DNA of 37,411 nucleotides from Macrostomum lignano (Eukaryota): the NCBI GenBank assembly GCA_002269645.1, contig NIVC01001132.1, positions 1-37,411 on the forward strand, written 5' to 3'. A model generated the notes under the pieces. That model saw only the letters and a list, made by a program, of their open reading frames with translations, searched no databases and was not told the origin of the DNA. Shown one piece after another: positions 12,025 to 23,129 of this stretch (position 1 is the stretch's first letter; every line of letters begins with the position of its first letter). The translations under genes and the position numbers were made by a program.

Positions 12025-12869
12025 GTTTAACTGACTTGGTCAGCTATTTGATTATTTTAAGTCCTGTTATAATTTTCAAAATTTCGGTTACTTTTACTAA
12101 CGACTTCAAAGCAATGTACACAACAAGATTTATAGTTTTATAGATTTATAACAATTGAAATTCTTCTTTGCTAAACGAAAAGCTCTATGAATATCAATAG
12201 AGCTAAAAAAGACAAAAACTATCAAAAGATGAATATAGGATTTGTCTCCTATCAAAAAGCGTTAATAGTTTTTGTGCTGTAACAGCAAATCCCTAGCTGT
12301 CTCCGTAAATTATTATTCAAAAAGCTGCCGCCTAAAATTTGCCAAAAAACGTAGTTTCCCGTCCGGTGTCCTTCGTAGTCCTTGGTTCCATATTTACATA
12401 AGAATTCGTGCACCTTTCTCTTCAACTAATCTATCTAAGGTACCCGTCGGCGTTCCTCGCTAGAAAACATAATTGTTATTTACGATGAGTAAATTTTTAC
12501 TGAATTTTGCCATCGAATTTAGGTTATATTACGAAAAATGGTAAGGTACCAATTAACCTGACGCTTATATGCAAAGCAGCATAGCAGTGGAAATTCGTGA
12601 GAAGAGTAAGCTTGAAAAAGGTAAACTAACGAAAGCGAATAGCTTAGGGCTTGTGTTATACAAATTTTTAGTCGAAAAGCAGAACTCCCGCTGGGCTTTC
12701 GCTTGCAAATCTGTTTTCTATGGTAAAAGTTGTCCTGTTGAAATTTTTGACTTCTAATCAGCCTTGAATTCCCAATTTCTAAGCGTAACTCAGCCGTTCT
12801 TCATTCGGACTAAAAAGATCCAAGCAACAAGATCGCAGGTACACAACAGCAAGCAAAACTTTTACGAGT

Positions 12870-15800
12870 ATGAAGAATCGGCAAATTACGCATTTACTGG
12901 CAGTTATCACACTGCTCATTGTCGGACTTTTGACGGGTGAGTTTTTCACCATATTTAAACACATTTTAAATGCAAACTGTAGTTGTTCACACAGAATATA
13001 TCAGCTACTGTCGTTCAAGCACAAAGCCGATCAGATCACAATCTTTTTGACTCAACCTATCATTCCTGATTTTTTAATTAAGGTCTTTAAGGCGTTGAGC
13101 TTTTAAGGTGAAGAACGGAAGATTTATTGCTAATTTTATTTTGTTCAAACCAAAATCTCTGCATAGCTTCAAACGGAGCACAGAGCCCTAGGCCTACGAA
13201 TAGGACTTTTAAGCTTGAGGAAACTCCTAATGTGAATTACTTTATTGGTCATGGAGAGCTGAGTAGCAAGCACAACTATAAGCACACTGTTAAGAAAAAT
13301 GGACTTTAAATAGAACTTTTGACAGATTTATCCAACCTATCTGTACCATAAAACGCTTCCTTTTACAATGTCCGCATCTCAATACTTTGTTTTCAAGTAC
13401 GAGCTATTTATGATCAACATTCACTAAATTAAGTGATGTTGATGTTGATGCTAAACGAGCCACTTTACCTGATATTTTGATCAGAACTTGAGGTTTTTCA
13501 AAGCAACTACTGCTAAATTCAACTTCTCATGCATTTTAGGCGCCGAGTCGCGTGATTATAAAGGGTAAGATCAGACAGAGGCTTTAGTAGCTACTTATAC
13601 CTTTCTTGCTCTTAAATAAGCGAATACTGCATTTAACAATGCATCACCACCCTTGCTTCATTCAAGATCCAAAAGAGGTTCCGCAACGCTGGTAAAGAGA
13701 CCTAAATTAACACAAGTCCCAAAGAATCTCTGGCGGTATATGAGCAGAGATGGAGCAAATTTCAAATATGAAGAAGTCACACTGTGCGAAATGCCCTCGT
13801 TATATGAAGATTTTCTGCACGTCTGCCCAGATAAAATTGATTATTTGGCCAACGTTTCTTTCACCGATGTAAACTTCAGAAACACCACGAAATCGTTCTG
13901 TTGCAGTTCCCGTTACGTGCACGGCGCGTGCTGCAACAGTAGCGAATTTAAGGAATATATGTCCTACTGCCTTAAGAGAGACATACTACTAATTGGCCTT
14001 TTTTGGTGGTTACCAAACTTTGTACTACTTCTATTTTCTATTTACTACATTTGTGTAAGTGAGTTCAAATCATGTTTATTTATATTTGAATCAAGCTAGA
14101 CATAGAATATGATAGATAGAATGGCATACATTTTAGTAAATCGGTTTTTTAGACACATTTTTATGCAATATTTATAGCTTAAGTTTAGATAATGTAATGC
14201 CACTTAACGAAAGCAGTTTACCTGCTAATTATTTTTATCTTAATCCAGGGATTCGGATACCTTTGTATCCGCTGTATTTATCCTTATGCGGAGGAGAAGT
14301 ATATTGACAAAGCACGCATCCAATTCGGCTCGTGTTGTTTTGCCATACTGATGTCGATTTTACTTTTGCCGATTCTCTGCATTAGCTGCCGTTTAATCGC
14401 GCTATGTGTCAACGACAGGCCCGATGTCAGTTCTGACATGCGCCAATGTTGGAAAAGCCTCTGGTCTTGTAATTCGAACAACTCAGCACCAGCACCATCA
14501 GCATCAACTACCTCTGCTGATACCAACAACTCAGCACCAGCACCACCAGCACAAACTACCTCTGCTGATACCAACAACTCAGCACCAGCACCACCAGCAC
14601 AAACTACCTCTGCTGATACCAACAACTCAGCACCAGCACCACCAGCACAAACTACCTCTGCTGATACCAACAACTCAGCACCAGCACCACCAGCACAAAC
14701 TACCTCTGCTGATACCAACAACTCAGCACCAGCACCACCAGCACAAACTACCTCTGCTGATACCAACTGTCATGACTTATGGGGTGGGGCCGCGTGGTAG
14801 GGGTGGAGCTTGTTTAGTAAGCCTAGCTAGCAGTACGTACGGTAATGTACATGCGCGGGCCACCGTGCCCTTGGCCTATAAAATATACAGAGCGTGGAGG
14901 GTTTTGCCTCAACTGAGTTTACTCCAGAATAAGCGAATTGACTTCATTACAATTGGCGACGAGAATGGCTTCAGTTGGACAACTAGAGCCTTACGAGGAA
15001 GGCAAAGATTGGGACGCCTATCAAGAGCGAATGGACTCTTACATGCTTGCAAACGGCATAGAAGGCGACGACAAGAAGAAGGCAGTGTTTCTGACATTGA
15101 TTGGCGAACGATGCTACGCAGTCCTGCGGGATCTCTGCAGTCCGACCAAGCCAACAGATCTGCAATACAGCGCCCTCACCGAGCACCTTCAAAAGTACTT
15201 CAAACCGAAGAAGCCAGTAATCGCTGAACGGTTCAAGTTCTACAAGCGAGCACAAAAGGACGGAGAGACGGCTGCTCAATTTCTGGCTGCGCTGCGGAAT
15301 CTGGCCGATTCGTGCGAGTTCGGGGGGTTTCGAGAAGAAGCTCTCCGAGACTGTTTCGTCTGCGGTCTTCGGGACCAGCGGACCCAGCAGCGACTCCTGA
15401 TGGAGGAGAAGCTCACGCTGGATGCGGCCAAGAAAATTGCCCTCGCGGCGGAGATTGCTAAGTCGGAAACGGAGCAGTGGAAATCGAGCTCAGACGTCAG
15501 CTCAGTCCAGCAGGTAGCGCCAGACTCGAAGGCGTGCTACAGGTGCGGATTGAAAGGCCACCTGTCGGCAGCCTGCCACTTCAGGACCGCAAAGTGCCAC
15601 AACTGCGGGAAAGTTGGACACCTGCAGAAAGTTTGCCGCTCAGCCAAGAAAGCCTCCAGAACAACGAAAGCCGGACGGCCAGAGAACGGACCAGCGCACG
15701 CAATGCAAACGGAAGAGGAGGAGGAAGCAGCAACTGGCTGGATTTCGCAAGTCACTGCATCGGCCAAGAAGATCAGCGTAAGCCTGCTGGTGAATGACCA

Positions 15801-18800
15801 GCCCCTCACCATGCAGCTGGACACCGGTGCCTGCGTCAGCCTCGTACCGGAGTCGGTGTGGAAGCAGCTCGGCCGACCTCCGCTGACACCAACACGCCTG
15901 CGACTCCGGACCTGGACGGGCGAGCCAATACAAGTCAAGGGAACAGCCGAGGTCAGGGTCAACTACGACGGAAGACAGCATGATAAGCTGCCGCTGGTGG
16001 TCACCAGTCAGACCGGAGCCTGCCCATTGCTAGGACGCAATTGGCTGGAAAAAGTGCGACTCAACTGGACTCAGTTGTTTGCCAACCAGATCAGCCAGGC
16101 GCCGGCGCAGAACAGCGGGCCTCTCGACCAGATGCTGGAGGAGTTCGCTGATGTTTTCGACGAGAGCCTGGGGCAGTTGAAGGATCAGACAGTCGCACTG
16201 AGACTTAAAAGTGACGCACAGCCTCGATTCTGCAAGGCCAGACCCGTGCCATTCGCAGTGCGGGACAAGCTTGAGCTCGAGCTCCAGGACATGCTCAACA
16301 AAGGGATCATCCGCCCGGTGACCTACAGTGAGTGGGCTACGCCAGTGGTTCCGGTACTCAAGGCGGACGGCTCAGTCCGACTGTGCGGCGACTATAAACT
16401 GACGTTGAACCCTCAGCTCCACATCGACCAGTACCCGCTGCCTACGCCTGAAGAGCTTTACGAGCAGATGGGACGGGGTCAGCTGTTCTCAAAACTCGAT
16501 CTGTCACAATGTTATCTTCAGTTTCCACTCGACGAAGAGAGCTGCAAGCTGACGACCATCAACACGCATAAAGGGCTTTTCGAGTACCTCCGGTTGCCAT
16601 TTGGCGTCAGTTCGGCTCCTGCGATTTGCCAGAGGCTGATGGAAACACTTTTGAAGGGCGTGCCGGGAGTCTGTTGTCGCATTGATGACATCCTGGTCTC
16701 CGGTCCGTCAATGAGTGAGCACCTAGCAGCGCTTCGAGAGGTACTGACCAGGCTGAGAGCGGCGGGCTTGCGGCTGAAGCGAATCAAGTGCAAATTTCTG
16801 CAAGAAGAAGTCGAATACCTGGGCTCGTTGCTGAGCAAGGACGGAGTCAAGAAGCTGCCTCAGAAGGTGGAAGCAATAGTCAACAGCCCGAAGCCAGCGA
16901 CAGTATCAGAGCTGCGATCATTCTTGGGCCTCGCAAACTACTATGCTCGACATGTCAAGGACTTCTCCACGATCGCTGCTCCTCTGTATCAACTGTTGAG
17001 GAAGGAGACGGACTGGCGGTGGGCTGAGACGGAGGACCGAGCCTGGGACCATCTTAAGCAAGAACTGAGTTCGGACAGCGTGCTGACGCATTTCAACGAG
17101 CAGCTTCCAGTGGTGGTGGCCGCGGATGCTTCATCGGTCGGCATCGGCGCGGTGCTGTCCCACACGATGGAGGACGGCTCGGAACGGCCGGTGACTTTTG
17201 CTTCAAGGACGCTGTCAGCAGCGGAGCGAAATTACTCGCAAATTGAGAAAGAAGCCCTCGCCATCGTGTTCGCCATCAAGCGGTTCCACCAGTACCTGTT
17301 CGGCCGGAGCTTCACGATAATTACGGATCATCAGCCGTTGACGACGATTTTCGGACCGAAGGTTGGCATCTCGCCGACTGCAGCAGGGCGACTTCAGAGA
17401 TGGGCACTGCTGCTGTCAGGGTACAGCTACAGCATCCGGTTCCGCAAGACTGCTCAGCACAGCAACGCAGACGGCCTGTCTCGCTTGCCCCTGCAGATGA
17501 AGGACGACAGCCCAGACGACGACGATCGGGTCTGTCAGCTGACGGGCGAGTTTCCATTGACGGCGGCGGATGTAGCGGCAGCAACGAAGCGGGATGACGA
17601 GCTCCGAGATGTTCTCCGGATGATAATGACTGGCTGGCCAGAGTCGGTTCCGCCGCGGCTCGAGCCCTACTTTCGTCGTCGACTAGAACTACGAGCGTAA
17701 GCGTGGAAGACGGCTGCGTGATCTGGGGAACTCGCGTGCTGGTTCCGGAAGCGTTGCGACCTGGAGTTCTGCGCGAGTTACACGTGGAACATTTCGGCAT
17801 GGCCCGGATGAAAAGTGTCGCCAGAACCTTCGTCTGGTGGCCAGGAATGGATTCTGACATCGAGTCGGTTGCCAGCAGCTGCCAAGCCTGCCAATCCGTT
17901 AAGCTGCATCCGGTGCTGGCTCCACTGCACCCCTGGGTGTGGCCAGACCAGCCCTGGGACCGCATCCACGTTGACTTTGCCGGGCCGGTTTGAGGCCGCC
18001 AGTTTCTCCTCGTAGTCGACGCGCACTCAAAGTGGCCGCATGTGGAGGCCGTGTCAACACTCGAATCGGCCGAGCTGGTTCGCAAGCTGCGAGTGTTGTT
18101 TGCACAATGGGGTCTGCCGAGAGAACTGGTATCGGACAACGGTCCAGCATTCATCAGTCAAGGATTTAGCGATTTCTGCAAAGCAAATGGAATTCGCCAC
18201 ATAAGAAGCAGTCCATATCACGCCAAGACCAACGGACTGGTGGAACGGCTGGTGAAGTCGTTCAAGATGGCCATGGAGGCGTCACGGAGCAGTCAGCCGG
18301 ACCTCGACATCCGCCTGTGCAACTGGCTGCTGGGCTACCGAGCTAGCCCGCACCCAACGACCGGTCGGACACCAGAGGAGCTTTTCCTGAAGCGGCAGCT
18401 CCGGACTCGAATGGACCTGCTGCGGCCGTCAGCCCGGGATCGAGTACTGCGGGAGCAATCTGCCCAGAAACGACAGCACGACCGGCGGTCGCGGGAGCTG
18501 CCGGAGGAGCCGTGGTCGGAGGCCTGGGCCAGGGACTACCGGCCTAATGCGGCGGCCTGGCAACCAGCAAAAGTTCTCGAGCAGACTGGGCCGCTGAGCT
18601 TCCGAGTCGAAACGAGCGACGGCCTGACCTGGCGCCGTCATGCCGACCAACTGCGGGGCCGGCGAGTTGAGAGCGACAAACCTGACGGTCTGGCAGCCGG
18701 GACCGAGCCAGCTGAAGCTGCGGACTCGACCGGGACCGGCGCGGAGCACCCGGAGCCGGAGCCGCCAGACGCGCCCTGCGGACTGCAGCCTGCACGCCGG

Positions 18801-19357
18801 CGACGGCCACCTGAGAAGCTGACCTACTCGAAACTCGGGAGCTGTGATTGATAGGAAGCGGACTTCTTCTGAGAGGGGAAAAGTGTCATGACTTATGGGG
18901 TGGGGCCGCGTGGTAGGGGTGGAGCTTGTTTAGTAAGCCTAGCTAGCAGTACGTACGGTAATGTACATGCGCGGGCCACCGTGCCCTTGGCCTATAAAAT
19001 ATACAGAGCGTGGAGGGTTTTGCCTCAACTGAGTTTACTCCAGAATAAGCGAATTGACTTCATTACACCAACAACTCAGCACCAGCACCACCAGCACAAA
19101 CTACCTCTGCTGATACCAACAACTCAGCACCAGCACCACCAGCACAAACTACCTCTGCTGATACCAACAACTCAGCACCAGCACCACCAGCACAAACTAC
19201 CTCTGCTGATACCAAAAACTCAGCACCAGCACCACCAGCATCAACTACCTCTGCTGATACCAACAACTCAGCACCAGCACCACCAGCACGAACTACCTCT
19301 GCTGATACCAACAACTAAGCAACTGTGGTGGCAACTACACCAGCTACTAACAAATAA
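12870..19357 (+). CDS. Gene D: Shisa-like 6-Cys protein with two predicted TMs and a 16-aa repeat tail. Exons 12870-12936, 13540-13564, 13667-14054, 14249 onward; last exon interrupted by Gypsy at 14767/14768. Current frame stops at 14800 in the LTR (343 aa); orphaned 3' part 19068-19357
   Basis: Signal MKNRQITHLLAVITLLIVGLLT G|GTGAGT; micro-exon AESRDYKG|GTAAGA; exon 3 TLC..VCPDK..SFCC..ACC plus TM, ending TGT|GTAAGT; exon 4 after TAATCCAG encodes GFGYLCIRC..FGSCCFAILMSILLLPILCISC.., then (NNSAPAPPAQTTSADT)n. Colinear with gene G. Confidence 0.85.
14477..14767 (+). repeat. 48-bp coding tandem repeat, 6 units upstream of the insertion
   Basis: Encodes NNSAPAP(S/P)A(S/Q)TTSADT x6; continues for 5 more units at 19070-19309. 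Confidence 0.95.
14768..14951 (+). repeat. Gypsy 5' LTR (TATAAAA box at 14877-14883)
   Basis: Direct repeat of 18884-19067 with TG..CA ends. Confidence 0.95.
14954..14968 (+). promoter_or_regulatory. Primer-binding site, probably tRNA-Ser type, overlapping the gag ATG (14965)
   Basis: TGGCGACGAGAATGG begins 2 nt after the LTR and resembles the complement of tRNA-Ser(GCU) 3' ends (..CTCGTCGCCA). The host tRNA set was not checked. Confidence 0.7.
14965..18851 (+). CDS. gag-pol: Gypsy gag-pol polyprotein, broken by an 8-nt insertion/stop at about 17692-17700 and an in-frame TGA at 17991-17993
   Basis: Two CCHC knuckles (CYRCGLKGHLSAAC, CHNCGKVGHLQKVC), protease LDTGA, RT (KLDLSQCY, RIDDILV), RNase H (ADASSVGIG, YSQIEKE, TDHQPL), integrase HHCC, DFAGP / SDNG / ERLV, and a GPY/F-like GPLSF. 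Confidence 0.95.
18884..19067 (+). repeat. Gypsy 3' LTR
   Basis: Preceded by the polypurine tract; matches the 5' LTR. Confidence 0.95.
19070..19309 (+). repeat. 48-bp coding repeat, 5 further units of gene D downstream of the insertion
   Basis: Same unit as 14477-14767, followed by AAC AAC TAA. Confidence 0.9.
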
Positions 19358-19707
19358 TCGATAGATGATCAAACTACGCATGTTACAGCCTACAATTCAG
19401 TATTGTATAACTGAATAATCATTTGAAGAAAGTGGATGCATTGCTCTGAAAAAGCAACAGCATCAAAAACACCGAACCTATATTGATGTGTTATAGCGTA
19501 TCACGAAAGCTCCTACTACAATTTATTTAATGCTCCAAAGCAAAGCAAAATATACCTAATCCTGCTGCACTTTACCTGAAAATGTCATTATTGAAGTCAT
19601 TTTTGGTTTGTTTTATTATATTATTATACTACGGGGAATTATTTTTAACTTTCATCAGCCAATAGATTCCTAGGGGGTAAATTCCAAGTTTGGAGGAAAG
19701 AACTCGA

Positions 19708-19814
19708 CCATAGACTATTTCAGATGAGCAATCCAGTGTATTTCCTTCATCCATGGTCTGAACATTCTTGCACGATGGAGAGAAGAGATTTCTGTTTATG
19801 GTTGTAGTCTATGG
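19708..19814. mobile_element. Possible 107-bp miniature inverted-repeat element (CCATAGACTA..TAGTCTATGG)
   Basis: Perfect 10-bp terminal inverted repeat; no TSD evident. Confidence 0.4.
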
Positions 19815-20485
19815 CTGTTATGCTAAATTGATGGGTTCGGCCTTTTTAAGCCTGTAGCTTCGGGCCTAAGAACTCTGAAATGAATCACTAAGAGCTCTGG
19901 CCTCTCACTCCTGTCAGATGGTCAGCGCCATGGTAGCTAGATTGTGGGCGAGCAGCAAGGTCCTATAGCTAGGAGAAGACAGCGAGAGACAAGCGAGGAG
20001 AATTTGAAAGGTAGAGATTAGCTAATCCGCAGATTAACTAACCCGCTACCACCAGTCCGTGCGCCCCGGCTCACCAAACCGGAGCTATCGAAATCGGACT
20101 TCCGACTAGATGGGCACTGCAGTTACCTGCCATCTAGTGTCTTTTAGCTGTCTAAATTTCGAAGTCATAGCCGAATAGAAGGGACGCTGCTGGGACTAAT
20201 ATCGCATTGGCCATGCAGGGACAGAGAGGACTTTTGCAGGGGGTTCTTGCGCTGGCGAGCCTTTATACACTACTAAATGTACTATTTCATCACCAAATTC
20301 CCAGAAGTGCATGTATAAGTACACGTAACTGCACGCTTTTGGCACTAAATGTGTTAACACGTCGACGGATAGCGATGATGTAGATGCATTGTCACTTTCG
20401 GAGATCTTTAGACTAATATTTAACTTACTTTAGCCGCTTAACTGCCTGTGACCGCACCAAAGCGCCAGTCTGGCTCTTAATTTGC

Positions 20486-21191
20486 ATGCTTAACATAATC
20501 GGGACGCTGAACTGCCGCACTCTCAAGGCCACATGGCGGAGAGGGCTGCTGGCGAGGCTAGCGCTCGACCTCAGCTGTGATGTCATCGCACTACAGGAGG
20601 TGTCTATCAGAGCCGACCCCGGACTTCACTGTGAGGACCTAGGCGCCGGTTGGACACTCTGGTACACCTCAGCGGATGAGCGAGGCCGTGGAGGAGTTGG
20701 AGCGCTGATCGGACCGAGGCTGCAGCAGAGCTGTCGCTGCGTCTCCCTGTCTTCTCGGCTGCTTCGGGTCGACGTCCGGCTTAACGGCCGGAACGCCCGC
20801 CTGTTCTGCGCGTACGCGCCGCCTGCTACCCGCTCCGATGAGGCTCAGGCCTTCTTCGAGCAACTCTCGATGCGGGTGGAGGAGATGGCGCAACGTGACA
20901 CAGTGGTCATTCTCGGAGACCTGAACGCAGTTCTGCGTAGGTCCGAGCGATCGCTGTTCGTGACAGCGCGCGAGAACGGCAACACCGGAGCGCTAGAGGA
21001 CTTCCTGGAGAGACAGGACATGGTGTCGGCCAACACCAGATTCCGCAAGTCACCGGGCAGGCTCACGACCTTCGTGGGCTGCAAGCGGAGGCGGCGGAAC
21101 GCGCGCGGCCGGAACGCTACGCGGAGGCTGGCACAGCTCGACCACGTGCTTGTGCGCTTTCGTGAGCGCCGCCGCGTCACCAACTGCCGCA
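20486..21191 (+). mobile_element. 3'-truncated non-LTR retrotransposon, APE-type endonuclease domain
   Basis: Motifs TLNCRTL, IALQEV, GRGGVG, CAYAP, GDLNA and LDHVLV. Similarity ends abruptly at a CCATAGAC motif (21192). Confidence 0.9.
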
Positions 21192-22131
21192 CCATAGACA
21201 TAGACACTATTACCATTGTCTATTACCATAGACACTTGCATTTCGGCACGCATTAGGCGACTTCCAAAGCATTCTTGCACGCTGGATCAAAAAGAATTGT
21301 CTGAATTGAATTTCTGCTAGTTTTTTCAGAGCTGGACTTTGTTCAAAGTTGAACGTGAAAGGTGTATTAAGAGTTAATATTGAATAGTGTGACGTTGTCG
21401 GTTTTAAGTGGTCCCGCAAAAGGGCCGTTGGACTACAATTTCCCTACAATTTCTCATTTAAATTTTCCAATCTCGTATTCTCACGTTTACTTGTAGTAGC
21501 GCGCAACGAATTTGTATTAATTGCTAAATCACTGCGTACTTTGTAATCTTTGCGTACGCCTGTAGGATCTCGCGCGATCAATAATTTCAGTTTCTTGTTT
21601 TTATCTCGCCAGTCAATGGAAACTCTCCGCATACATTATGTTAACCCTTCTGCGCTCCTTTATTAACCCCCGCCTGGCGGCGGCCTGGGGGGTTTTTCAC
21701 GTTCTCTCCTCACTTCTAGGCGTCTGGCTCTTGTTTTCCTTCTCCTCCTGGCTGCCTTGAGCCTCCTTATCTCTCGCCACGGCTCCTCTGTCTGGGCCAG
21801 CCTGTTTACACACTGTTACTCCACTGTGTACTGCCACGGGCTAACGCCCAATCTCGCCACTACTTATCTGCCTGTCTACTTGCTACTCACTGCCTCCACT
21901 GTGCTCATCGCCATCACTTACCACGTTGCGTCGCCATTGCATCCTTCGTCTGCTACTTGACTTCATATTCTAATCACATCAACCATTGTTGCAGCCGCCA
22001 GTGCCCCAGAACACTATAAGTTTTGTATTGACATTAACCAACTCTAATTTTTTGAAAATTTGGAGATATATTTTAGCTCTAATATTTCACAAGAACATAC
22101 TCAAATCAGTATCCTTATATACTCGTATATA

Positions 22132-22901
22132 CACTCAGCAACATTGAAACGTTTCCACCCTCGAGCCAGCCGTTTATGTAAATAATAAACGCCGTTTAAT
22201 TCACATTCTGTGGTTAGAATGTCTGAGGCTGCGTTTAATGGTCTCGAGGCGAGCGTAGCGAGCCGAGGACCATTGATTGCAGCCGAGGATATTCTAACCA
22301 TAGACTATGATGAATTAAACGGCCTTTATCATATATTAAATTCGATTGCTCCTGATTTCGAGGAGATTATATGATATAATATCCTAGTTTTTGTTAAAAA
22401 TTACCACAGACAACACATTCCCGGCTCAGAATAGTACAATTTTTTAACGATTAAATAAGCAATCGTATTTTATATTAAGAGCTTCAAAACTGGTTTTTGT
22501 CGCCAGACTTGTGCCATAGACGTTTGATGATTTCGTCAACACGCACTTGGGCCAAAGACAAAAACTTGGGTCATAGACGCCAGACAGGTCGAAGGAAACA
22601 GTCACACGGAGCAGACAGCAGCAGCTTACAGGAGTCTAAAATCCACCGCAACCGAACGCAATGGTTCGCCAAATGACCGACCTGGAACGAGCGCGCGCCA
22701 TTGGCATGCTGGACGCTGGGATGTCCATCCGAGCTTTTGCTCGCCAAATTGGGCGGTCGCACACAGCAATCTGCAAACTGCAGATCAAGTGCAGAGAAAC
22801 GGGCAGCGTGTAGCTGGCCACGCGCGGCCGGCGGCTCAATATGAGCAGTACAACTAGGAGGGCGGACCGGCGATTGCTGCGAATACCAATTTTGCTGAGT
22901 G
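22132..22901 (+). mobile_element. Internally deleted Tc1/mariner DNA transposon
   Basis: TA|CACTCAGCAA ... TTGCTGAGTG|TA (10-bp TIRs, TA TSD); contains a transposase N-terminal fragment. Confidence 0.85.
22661..22882 (+). pseudogene. Tc1 transposase N-terminal HTH fragment with an internal stop
   Basis: MVRQMTDLERARAIGMLDAGMSIRAFARQIGRSHTAICKL..RETGSV*..GRR..TTRRADRRLLR is a typical Tc1 paired-like HTH; no DDE domain present. Confidence 0.85.
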
Positions 22902-23129
22902 TATATGTATTAAAGCAGCTTCGTTAACAAGATTGCGGGGCCAGCAGGCCGACAAGTTTATGCTGTGTATAGCATCGAATGGGAAAGCTGAATGTGCATT
23001 TGAAAAGCTGAATAAAGTTATAGGTGTTCTTTGTTGCTTTGCGGCGCACTTTTTGTTTTCTGCCGAGGTGTCACTTGAATTGACTAAAAATTTTCACTTT
23101 TCAATCGCGTTGTCTTTTCATTTAATTCT

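Larger units (their letters stand above)
14768..19067 (+). mobile_element. Full-length Ty3/Gypsy (Mag-like) LTR retrotransposon, 4.3 kb, 5-bp TSD CCAAC
   Basis: 184-bp LTRs at 14768-14951 and 18884-19067 (TGTCATGA..TCATTACA), apparently identical. TSD at 14763-14767 and 19068-19072. PBS at 14954; PPT GAGAGGGGAAAAG at 18871-18883. Domain order PR-RT-RH-IN. Confidence 0.97.
12065..19620 (+). repeat. Left arm of an inverted segmental duplication (gene D locus), paired with about 33420-37411
   Basis: Sequence from about 12065 matches the reverse complement of the window end. Exons, introns and 3' flank are colinear with gene G apart from the Gypsy insert here and the MITE insert there. Confidence 0.9.

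Noticed and set aside
13653-13676. Furin sites RSKR (gene D) and RYKR (gene G, about 34818)
   Set aside because: The first Arg codon (AGA) overlaps the splice acceptor AG, so the spliced sequences are GSKR and GYKR; only a dibasic KR remains.
14284-15227. ORFs 14284..14766 (-), 14406..15227 (+), 18888..19364, 19063..19314, 33622..34113, 33678..34241
   Set aside because: Shadow frames of the 48-bp coding repeat and the LTR; the real frame is the one spliced to exon 3.
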